This document shows, piece by piece, positions 8,144 to 15,710 of a DNA stretch of 27,958 nucleotides. Origin of the DNA: a virus (taxonomy: Duplodnaviria; Caudoviricetes); IMG/VR virus record IMGVR_UViG_3300037045_000206, positions 1 to 27,958 of that record. One strand, given 5' to 3'. Each line of letters begins with the position of its first letter. The stretch's first letter is position 1. The notes beneath the pieces were generated by a model. That model saw only the letters and a program-made list of their open reading frames with translations. It ran no database searches and had not been told where the DNA came from. Both the position numbers and the translations under genes were made by a program.

Positions 8144-9163
8144 ATGGGAGTCGTGGTTAATAAAATCGCAGTCCATAAGGTTCAAAAATTGCAGCAAGAA
8201 AAAGCAGATCCAGTCAAGTTTCGAGAAACGCTCTTGCCGTTTGAGAATAAAGAGGAAAACACCACTTATAAGTTTGTTGATGAATTCTCCAAGATTTATA
8301 AAAATCGCAGGAAAACCAGTCGAACTTTTGGTGAATTTGAAGAAAATGAAGAAATCAACCCAAATCCAATTGCCAAACGGATCCGTGAATACCTGAACGG
8401 AGGGCTCGATTATTATGAACTCTCTAAAATCATAGCTACTAGCTTTAGAGTAGAGGTTACCGATATTCCGATGGCAACGGGCGGATATGTTTTTTGTATC
8501 GACTATTCAGATAATGATGATAATTGTCTAGCAATTGTAATTCTTACTAACAAGTCTGGTACAAGTATAAACGATGAAACCATGGATCTATTGTCTTCAT
8601 TTACTTTAAATATCGATGAAATAAATATGGCGGTAAATATAAAAATTAACAAATGGTTCCAGCAAGAATCATCATATCTGTCATTCATACGGGGGAAAAA
8701 AGACGTAGCGCAATATTTTAGAAAATTTATTGGGTGTAAACCTACTGAGAGCGGTTCAGTAGTGACAAACCAAGTTATAGACAATGTACTTGCGTTTGTT
8801 GAACAAGAATATCCAAATAATAAAGAAATGAAACAAAAAATTTCAGGGGATTTATTTTTAGTGATGAAGCAAAGTACCTCAGGACTTTCAATACAAACGG
8901 TTGTAAACACAGTTTTTCCAGAAGAGGGAATCCAGGAAAGATTTAATGATTTCTTAGACGAAAAAGAAATCGAGATCCCATATGATTTCATTCCTGACGG
9001 TCGAGCGTATAAGCGCTTGGTCCGACTTGATTATAAAACCAAGAATCTAGATATCAGGATTGATCATTCTGCTTTCGGTCCGGTTGCGGTATTTGATCCT
9101 CAGACCAATTACTTAGTCATCAAAGATCCATTGATTAAGCAACGGTTCGATGAGTTATTCTAA
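8144..9163 (+). CDS. Nucleoid-associated protein, NdpA/YejK (NA37) family
   Basis: 339 aa; KIAVHKV start, ATGGYVFCIDY, INMAVNIKINKW and SYLSFIRGKKDVAQYFRKFIGC match remembered YejK motifs; AGGAGG SD. Confidence 0.85.
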   Translation: MGVVVNKIAVHKVQKLQQEKADPVKFRETLLPFENKEENTTYKFVDEFSKIYKNRRKTSRTFGEFEENEEINPNPIAKRIREYLNGGLDYYELSKIIATSFRVEVTDIPMATGGYVFCIDYSDNDDNCLAIVILTNKSGTSINDETMDLLSSFTLNIDEINMAVNIKINKWFQQESSYLSFIRGKKDVAQYFRKFIGCKPTESGSVVTNQVIDNVLAFVEQEYPNNKEMKQKISGDLFLVMKQSTSGLSIQTVVNTVFPEEGIQERFNDFLDEKEIEIPYDFIPDGRAYKRLVRLDYKTKNLDIRIDHSAFGPVAVFDPQTNYLVIKDPLIKQRFDELF

Positions 9164-9169
9164 TAACAT

Positions 9170-10372
9170 ATGAACACAGTTATTATACAGCTATTTAGAC
9201 TTGCGAGAATCAGTGCACCTCATTCAGGGATTACCCTCTCCTTTGACCAAGGTTTTGACCTAGGGCTTGTCAATGAGATGGAATCATTTTTTTCAGATGA
9301 TGGGTGTTATATTGGAGATAATAAATACACCGGTCCGTGGGTAGGAATTGCTGGAAATTGTGTTGAAATCCATCTTTCTAGGGATAAGCTCAGGAAGAAG
9401 AACATCATTTGCAGAGATACTCTTGAGGATTATATTTCAACTGACTTAGGAATTAGTGGATACACAGGGTTCCGTCAAGATGATCATATTACAATTATTC
9501 TGGATCTTAGTTATAAATCATTCGATAATGATTTTCCTCCCCCATTACTTCAGGATACAGAGAACTGTTGCGCGTTGTTTCATAAGTTGTGGGAGATGTC
9601 AGATCTAAAGAATGGGACTACAGTCTTCTTCTTGCTGGAAGAACCGCTGGAGATATCTAATTTCATCTTCAGGAAGGAGCTAGTACAACCCCTGCAGACC
9701 GATTACGAGACTTTTACAATCTTCTTTGCTGAAGACCATGGAAATCAGCGGTCTTGCCTTAAATATCAACTCATGAAATTTCTCCAATCGGAATTACCAA
9801 AAGATCGACTATCCGTCTTATTTTCAAGATTCGACGAGATTTACCAAAATTCGCTCCTCGCCTATGATCGCCTTTGTGCTATGAATAGTGAGGATAAATT
9901 AGCGGCGCAGCTTGAGAAAGAATCGTTGGATATCTTGGAACGATTAAGGGGGATTCTAGAGTCGTTGAAGGCAGAAATTCTAGTAATGGCTACAAACGCG
10001 ATTGGATTCGGATACCTTGATTTTTCTGATTTGTTTTCAGTAAAGAATTTTTTAATTGTCTTTGTACTGGTATTGATAAACGCTATCTTCACAATTGTCC
10101 TATTCAATAGCCTTGCTTCATTAAAACACTTGAAGGAAATAGTGAATGAAAGAAGAAAGTCCCTAATAAAATTGAATCCTAAAGCAATAAAAAGAATCGA
10201 AGAAAAATCAGATGAATTTAAGAGTCATCTAAAAAAGGTGACAGTTCAATTCTATTGTTGTATTTTTCTGTTATGGCTCCCATTGATTATTTTTGTAATA
10301 ATTGTGCCAAGCCTGCTTGATCATCAAACACATGAAGAACTTGCAAAGATGACTTTTATTCTGTACCGATAA
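9170..10372 (+). CDS. Uncharacterised membrane protein: soluble N-terminal domain plus 2-3 C-terminal TM helices
   Basis: 400 aa ORF 6 nt after the NdpA-like stop; TM segments FLIVFVLVLINAIFTIVLF and FYCCIFLLWLPLIIFVIIV flank a basic helical segment. Confidence 0.8.
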   Translation: MNTVIIQLFRLARISAPHSGITLSFDQGFDLGLVNEMESFFSDDGCYIGDNKYTGPWVGIAGNCVEIHLSRDKLRKKNIICRDTLEDYISTDLGISGYTGFRQDDHITIILDLSYKSFDNDFPPPLLQDTENCCALFHKLWEMSDLKNGTTVFFLLEEPLEISNFIFRKELVQPLQTDYETFTIFFAEDHGNQRSCLKYQLMKFLQSELPKDRLSVLFSRFDEIYQNSLLAYDRLCAMNSEDKLAAQLEKESLDILERLRGILESLKAEILVMATNAIGFGYLDFSDLFSVKNFLIVFVLVLINAIFTIVLFNSLASLKHLKEIVNERRKSLIKLNPKAIKRIEEKSDEFKSHLKKVTVQFYCCIFLLWLPLIIFVIIVPSLLDHQTHEELAKMTFILYR

Positions 10373-10459
10373 AAGATTAAAATCAGTTATTATAATAAAT
10401 AAATGAGATTATCCAATAGAATATCACATTCGTTGAATATGATGATTTTATATTAGGTT

Positions 10460-10502
10460 AAAAAGGTGGAGAAGATTAAGTCTTATCCACCTTTTGTTTT
10501 TT
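10460..10502. terminator. Bidirectional intrinsic terminator
   Basis: AAAAGGTGGA (10461-10470) pairs with TCCACCTTTT (10486-10495), inner AAGA/TCTT; T-tracts on both strands. Confidence 0.8.
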
Positions 10503-10508
10503 GTGCTC

Positions 10509-10577
10509 CTAATCTAATAGAAATTCAACGATTGCACTGATGATTTTTACCATCAAAATGATACATTTTGTTTTCAT
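10509..10577 (-). CDS. 22-aa hydrophobic peptide, candidate type I toxin
   Basis: MKTKCIILMVKIISAIVEFLLD*, preceded by GGAGGAGG (10592-10585) and followed by the terminator; below the ORF track size cutoff. Confidence 0.55.
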   Translation of the reverse strand: MKTKCIILMVKIISAIVEFLLD

Positions 10578-10848
10578 TTTGAACCCTCCTCCAAGACAAG
10601 GCGTTCAACCCGCTTAGAGTCGACTCAAATTATTCAACCTGTTTTCCATATAATTCTCCGATGACAAGGACGGTTTTTCTAAAGCAATTAGACTAAAATT
10701 AATTTTCTATTGGTCTATTTTTCCTTTCACATATCCCACCAGACTTCTGCTGCTATTAATACCACGCAACATCTCAAACGATCGGATTTGCCTAAGATTT
10801 GTCCTTTCTCCACCGAGGTACACTCCTCCTATCTACAGGAGGAACCGT

Positions 10849-11139
10849 ATGAATATCGACTATTTCATCTGGATCATCATCGGGATCGTCGTGGTCATGG
10901 AGGCGTTCATGGAGCTGATCAAGTTCAATGATCCTCTGAAAAAATTGAAAAGATGGTATGCCACAATCGCCATGGCATTCGCCATCGGGCTGTCCGGCGT
11001 CTGCTATCTCGCCGCATTGTTCAAGGGCGTTTGGGCCTTGATCTTTGTGGTAGGGCTTATCGCGTATGCAATCCAGCATTTCATGGGAGACCAGATCGTC
11101 AAGCGGATCAGAGCGCTCATCGAAAAGAAGACCGCTTAG
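10849..11139 (+). CDS. Putative holin (3 TM)
   Basis: 96 aa, three hydrophobic helices, basic C-terminus (KRIRALIEKK); first gene of the late region; AGGAGGA SD. Confidence 0.65.
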   Translation: MNIDYFIWIIIGIVVVMEAFMELIKFNDPLKKLKRWYATIAMAFAIGLSGVCYLAALFKGVWALIFVVGLIAYAIQHFMGDQIVKRIRALIEKKTA

Positions 11140-11147
11140 GAGGCACG

Positions 11148-11585
11148 ATGAAATGGAAATCAACTGGATTGGCGTTATCGCTGCTATTGTTACTGCTGTT
11201 ATCGGCTGGATACTTGGTAGGCGCAAGTCTTCAGGATCCCTCGGCCATGTCGGACCAGGAGATCCTGGAGGAATTGCAGCAAATCTGGAATCGTCAGCAG
11301 ATGAAGTCGGAGAGCTCGCTGGTGAAATTGCCGACAGTGCGGCAGCTTTTGCAGAAGTCGCAGCCGATCTTGGTACAGCAAGCGACATCATTGATGAGCT
11401 CATCGACGAAGCTGGATCAGATCCAGGGGACCATGACCGGGCTCAGCAGCTCCTTGATGAGCTTCGCAGAAGACATGGAGAAGGAATTCCGGAATCTCAG
11501 AATACTGAATAATATCCTGGTTGGTACCACTGCTGTCCTCGTTCTCACCACCCTTATCATCGTCCTAGTTTCGGCACCTCCTTAG
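11148..11585 (+). CDS. Exported coiled-coil protein with signal peptide and C-terminal TM (spanin-like position)
   Basis: Part of track ORF 10953..11585; ATG at 11148 after AGGAGG. MKWKSTGLALSLLLLLLLSAGYLVGA signal peptide; C-terminal ILVGTTAVLVLTTLIIVLV. Confidence 0.55.
   Translation: MKWKSTGLALSLLLLLLLSAGYLVGASLQDPSAMSDQEILEELQQIWNRQQMKSESSLVKLPTVRQLLQKSQPILVQQATSLMSSSTKLDQIQGTMTGLSSSLMSFAEDMEKEFRNLRILNNILVGTTAVLVLTTLIIVLVSAPP
11153..11512 (+). CDS. N-terminal TM protein with acidic helical domain, nested out of frame in the previous ORF
   Basis: Part of track ORF 11066..11512; ATG at 11153. MEINWIGVIAAIVTAVIGWILGRRK, then an Ala/Asp/Glu-rich helix. Confidence 0.55.
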   Translation: MEINWIGVIAAIVTAVIGWILGRRKSSGSLGHVGPGDPGGIAANLESSADEVGELAGEIADSAAAFAEVAADLGTASDIIDELIDEAGSDPGDHDRAQQLLDELRRRHGEGIPESQNTE

Positions 11586-11655
11586 TGGGGTGCTCTGATT
11601 GCACACAGCCCGCATGGAGGACAATGGAAAAGAATAAGGGAGGTTTCAATCCATT

Positions 11656-12051
11656 ATGGAATTTTTAAGCGTTTTCAACTCTATAGGCACCCCGGCCCTC
11701 ATCCTGCTTGTGCTGGTCATCCTCTTTTTCATGATCAAGGAGATCAAGCAGGAGAACTCCAGGCTGACGACCAAGTTCGATGAGAGCCAGGAGCTGCTGA
11801 ACGAGAAGATCTCCGCGTTCAAGGATGAGATGAAGCGGAGCATGGCGGAACAGCAGGCACGCCAGGACAAACGGGATGCGAAGCAGGACGAGGCTTCCGA
11901 GCAGCTCGCATTGCGGCTGCGGGATGTGGAGAGCAACTATGCGAAAAAGATTGATGTCCAGGAAGCGGTCGGGGGCTGGCGGACCGAGTTGAAAACCCTC
12001 GGCGACCGTATCGACATGTATTTCATTGGGGGTAAAAATGGACGCTCTTAA
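11656..12051 (+). CDS. Single-TM coiled-coil protein at the Mu gp25 (DUF2730) position
   Basis: N-terminal TM ALILLVLVILFFMI then coiled coil; lies before gp26/gp27-like genes. Confidence 0.65.
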   Translation: MEFLSVFNSIGTPALILLVLVILFFMIKEIKQENSRLTTKFDESQELLNEKISAFKDEMKRSMAEQQARQDKRDAKQDEASEQLALRLRDVESNYAKKIDVQEAVGGWRTELKTLGDRIDMYFIGGKNGRS

Positions 12052-12340
12052 CAAACGACTTCGTGGTGTGATTCTCGAGATGCTCAAGAACATCAGCCCG
12101 ACCGCGGCTGAAGAGAATGCCATCATCGCGGCCTATTACCAGTACTATACCCCCAACGACATACGGCGGGCTTTGTCGTACCTAGCCGACAGTGGCTATC
12201 TCAGCTGCGAGAAGAATCCGCATCCATTCCGCAAGCATGTGAAGATCTCGTCGTATAGGATCGCTCCCAAGGGGGTGAACCTCCTGGAGGGCGATGCCCA
12301 GGATGTCGGGATCGCCGTATTCGATGAGGAGGATGCCTGA
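12038..12340 (+). CDS. Mu gp26-like winged-helix protein
   Basis: RLRGVILEML...DIRRALSYLADSGYL...YRIAPKGVNLLEG; ATG at 12038 preferred; synteny with gp27. Confidence 0.72.
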   Translation: MDALNKRLRGVILEMLKNISPTAAEENAIIAAYYQYYTPNDIRRALSYLADSGYLSCEKNPHPFRKHVKISSYRIAPKGVNLLEGDAQDVGIAVFDEEDA

Positions 12341-12864
12341 TGGGACAGAGAAAGAAAGCAGAGCTCCTCAACCTGGTCGAACGTGTCTGCGCCATGCATG
12401 ACGATCAGATGATGACCTTCGAGGAGATCGAGAAGCAGCTCCGTGGCGAGGGTATCGATATCAGCCGTGAGGCAATCAGGCGGACCGTCAAGTCGAACAA
12501 GACTATCGCAAGGGAGCTCATGAAGACCCGTGAGGAGACCACCGCACTGATCAACACCATCCGTGACAATCCTGCCACGGACACCAACGAAGCCACCTTG
12601 GACTATCTGATTGGGAAAGCGTTCCAATACACGAAGACCATCGAGAGTGTGGATTTCAAGGATCTTCCCGAACTGGCCAAGTTTGTCAAGGACATGACCA
12701 GGGCGAAGACTCAGATCGTCCGGATGCGTATGGATTACCAGGCGATGTTCCTGAAGGTGAAGGAAGGGGTGCTGTCGGATCTTCAAAAGGCGCTGGAAGG
12801 GAATCCTGAGATATACAACCAGTTGTTCTCCATCGTGAACAACCTTGAGGTGCCCGATGTCTAG
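12340..12864 (+). CDS. terS: Mu gp27-like (DUF3486) terminase small subunit
   Basis: MGQRKK start, TFEEIEKQLRGEGIDISREAIRR HTH, helical C-terminus; directly before the large terminase. Confidence 0.8.
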   Translation: MGQRKKAELLNLVERVCAMHDDQMMTFEEIEKQLRGEGIDISREAIRRTVKSNKTIARELMKTREETTALINTIRDNPATDTNEATLDYLIGKAFQYTKTIESVDFKDLPELAKFVKDMTRAKTQIVRMRMDYQAMFLKVKEGVLSDLQKALEGNPEIYNQLFSIVNNLEVPDV

Positions 12865-14485
12865 AACTCCTGGCGACACCACGTACGACATCCTCTTCAA
12901 GGTGCTGGACATGGATCCGAAGCGCGCAGCTGAATTGGCAACCGATAGCAGGGCCGCCAAGGACCGTCATGAACGCTTCAGAACAGACATACCCGGTTTC
13001 GTGAAGCACTACTTTCCTCATTATATAAAGTATGATCCGGCTCCCTGGCATAGGACCCTTTCCAGGATATTCCAGGAAACCGCATTCGACAGGCAGTCAG
13101 GCCGTCCTTATTGGAAGGTCACCCCGGAGGTCGTCAATGAGCTAGCCGAACAGCATAGGAAGGAGTTCCAGAGTATCCCGCAGCCCTGCGACCGACTACT
13201 GGCTTTGGTCTTATGCGCACCTCGTGAACAAGCCAAGTCGACGTACTTCGGCCGGATGCTGGTGATCTGGGGGATCATATACGGGTATTTCCGTTTCATC
13301 ACCGTGTTCCGGTCGAACGCCGAGCTGGCGGAGGATTTCATCAAGGACACCGCCGCGGAGTTCGAGGACAACCAGCTGCTTATCCAGGACTACGGGAACT
13401 TGAGGGGTAAGGTATGGAAGGATGGCATGTACTCCTTCAAAAACGGTGCGGCCATGGTCGCCCTCGGACGTGGCGCGTCGGTACGTGGTCTGATCAAGCG
13501 TGAAAAACGGCCTGATCTCATCATCTGCGATGATTTGATAACCGACCAGGATGCGAAGAGCTCCAAAGCCCTGGGTGGGCTGTATGACTGGCTGTTCAGC
13601 GCGGTCACCAACCTGTCCAAGGACGCCGTCATATTTATGCTCAACACGATCTTCAATGAAGCGGATCCGCAGAGCAGGGTCCTGCAGCGCATCACCAAGC
13701 GGGAGCTGCCGGGGTGGTTCGGCGTGAGGCTGTCGGCCGAGATAGAGGATGGAGAGCGGGCCCTCTGGCCTGAGTACTGGCCGATCACCGCTTGCCAGCG
13801 CAAGCGCCAGGAGATCGGCTCGGTCAAGTACAACACCGAGTACCAGTCCATCCTGACGGATGACGACACGAAGCTGGTCCATAGGGAATGGCTGCGCTTC
13901 ATCCCCAAGGGACATAATAATATCAACGAGTATGAGCTCGCGGTGGGCATCGACCCCAACGCGGAAGGCAGCGACGATGCCGCGTGCTGCCTGATGGGAC
14001 GGCATAGGATTCGTGGCTCCTACCATGTATTCAAACTGTGGTACAAGGACTACGGCAGCATCACCGATCTTGTAGACACGTTTGTCGATTGGTGGAAGAG
14101 GTACACCCCTGGCCTGTATGCCTTCGAGGAGGTCGGATTCCAGAAGGTCTATCAGAAGCTGGTCCAGGAGATGCTGCTGGCCCAGCATATCGATATCCCG
14201 TTCATCGGGGCCCCTGCGAAGGGAAGCAAGCCGGAGCGGGCTAGGAGCATCGGAGCCTACAGTGAGAACGGGACCTTCACCTACGAAGGGGACCTGGAGG
14301 ACGGGACCGCGATATACCGGCTCACCCATTTTCCGGAGACCGCTTTGAACGACGGGGTGGTCGACGCCATCTATCTGGCCTGGAGCGCGTTCAACCGAGA
14401 CAAGGGCAAGCCTTCGGGAAAAGCGGGAAGGAAACGTTCATCGGCATTGCCGGGACTTTTAGGGAGATACAAGCATGGATACTAA
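12857..14485 (+). CDS. terL: Terminase large subunit
   Basis: Walker A APREQAKST, Walker B RPDLIICDD, LWPEYW, nuclease VGIDP and DGVVDA; ATG at 12857 after GAGG. Confidence 0.93.
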   Translation: MSRTPGDTTYDILFKVLDMDPKRAAELATDSRAAKDRHERFRTDIPGFVKHYFPHYIKYDPAPWHRTLSRIFQETAFDRQSGRPYWKVTPEVVNELAEQHRKEFQSIPQPCDRLLALVLCAPREQAKSTYFGRMLVIWGIIYGYFRFITVFRSNAELAEDFIKDTAAEFEDNQLLIQDYGNLRGKVWKDGMYSFKNGAAMVALGRGASVRGLIKREKRPDLIICDDLITDQDAKSSKALGGLYDWLFSAVTNLSKDAVIFMLNTIFNEADPQSRVLQRITKRELPGWFGVRLSAEIEDGERALWPEYWPITACQRKRQEIGSVKYNTEYQSILTDDDTKLVHREWLRFIPKGHNNINEYELAVGIDPNAEGSDDAACCLMGRHRIRGSYHVFKLWYKDYGSITDLVDTFVDWWKRYTPGLYAFEEVGFQKVYQKLVQEMLLAQHIDIPFIGAPAKGSKPERARSIGAYSENGTFTYEGDLEDGTAIYRLTHFPETALNDGVVDAIYLAWSAFNRDKGKPSGKAGRKRSSALPGLLGRYKHGY

Positions 14486-15710
14486 TGTTGAAAAGAAAGC
14501 GCAGCTCACCGCGAGGATCATCACCGATTCCCTGGTGTTCCAGTACCTGCCGAACCCATCCGAACTGATCCGCACCAGCTCGCGGGGACTGAAGGTGTTT
14601 GACGATATGCTCAAGGACTCCAGGGTGATCGGGCTGTTTTATGACAGGCGCAACGCAACGCAGAACCTCTGCATCGCCCTGGCCGACGCTGGCAACAAGA
14701 AGGTCAACGAATACGCCGCCAGGTTCCTCACCGAGAAGAACCTGAGGAAATGGAGCTCCTACCTTTTGACCGACGCCCTCAAGTACGGGTTCCGTCCCGC
14801 GGAGCTTGTCTGGCAGAAAGCTCCGGGTGGCTGGCTTTACATCGACGCCTTGATCGGCCACGATATCAACAAGTATCGGTTCGATGATGACGGTGCGATG
14901 CATTACAACAATCTCGGCTGGATCCAGTGTGAGCAGCCGTTCAAATGGATCATCCATCGTACGGAAGGAGACCGGTACAACGCTCCATACGGCATCCCCT
15001 ATATGGAGAGCATCTACTGGCCCTGGCAGTTCAAGAAGATGGGCTGGGAGTTCTGGCTGACCGCTACCGAGCGCTTCGCTGTCCCCAGCATCATCGCCAT
15101 TTTCGAGCAGTCCGATCCAACCAAGGCCGAGGAGACCGCGGTCACCTTGGTGGACCTTATCGCGCAGATCAACAGTGGATCATCTGGAGCCCTGGCGAAC
15201 GTCAAGGAGCTCAAGCAGATCGACATGGGCGGGAAGGTCAGTGATTTCGAGATGCTGATCAAGGCTTGCGACCTGCAGATATCCTACGGCATGACCGGCC
15301 AGGCCCTGGCGAACTCCGTCAGCGATACCGGCACCCAGGCGTTGGGCACCGTCCAGGAACGGACCAAGGGCGGGGTGTATGAGAACGACTCGCGGGCTCT
15401 TGCGTATACCGTCCAGAAGCTGATCGACATGGCCATCGAGGTTAACTTCGGTCCGGGTACTCCGGTCCCCCAGTTCTCCTATGACACTGGCGACTACGCG
15501 CCCTTTTCCGATGTCGCGACTGCCATCGACCATGGGATACCGATATCGAAGAAGGCCCTCTACTCCCGGTACAACCTACCCGAGCCGGAGGATGATAAGG
15601 ATGTGTTCATTCGGCCTGCCACCCCGGCTATGCCTGAGACCGGCATGTTCTCCTTTTCCGACACACCATCCAGTAAAAAAAAAGTCCGCCCGATGATCCT
15701 GATCCGGTGA
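14475..15710 (+). CDS. Portal protein, Mu gp29/DUF935 family
   Basis: DALKYGFRPAELVW, PYGIPYMESIYWPWQFKK, ERFAVP, ISYGMTGQAL, ALGTVQ; follows TerL. Confidence 0.92.
   Translation: MDTNVEKKAQLTARIITDSLVFQYLPNPSELIRTSSRGLKVFDDMLKDSRVIGLFYDRRNATQNLCIALADAGNKKVNEYAARFLTEKNLRKWSSYLLTDALKYGFRPAELVWQKAPGGWLYIDALIGHDINKYRFDDDGAMHYNNLGWIQCEQPFKWIIHRTEGDRYNAPYGIPYMESIYWPWQFKKMGWEFWLTATERFAVPSIIAIFEQSDPTKAEETAVTLVDLIAQINSGSSGALANVKELKQIDMGGKVSDFEMLIKACDLQISYGMTGQALANSVSDTGTQALGTVQERTKGGVYENDSRALAYTVQKLIDMAIEVNFGPGTPVPQFSYDTGDYAPFSDVATAIDHGIPISKKALYSRYNLPEPEDDKDVFIRPATPAMPETGMFSFSDTPSSKKKVRPMILIR

Noticed and set aside
8144-10372. Calling the pair Kiwa (kwaAB)
   Set aside because: Gene order and TM position differ and the soluble protein has YejK motifs; only an analogy without an HMM result.
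10953-11147. 5' extensions of track ORFs 10953..11585 and 11066..11512
   Set aside because: They overlap the holin; the SD and signal/TM sequences place the starts at 11148 and 11153.
10792-11403. 203-aa minus-strand ORF over the lysis genes
   Set aside because: Antisense to well-formed plus-strand genes; low complexity, no motif.
13211-14329. 372-aa antisense ORF in terL (also 12196..12960, 15818..16453, 17480..18535)
   Set aside because: Typical stop-poor antisense frames of GC3-rich genes; no domain features.
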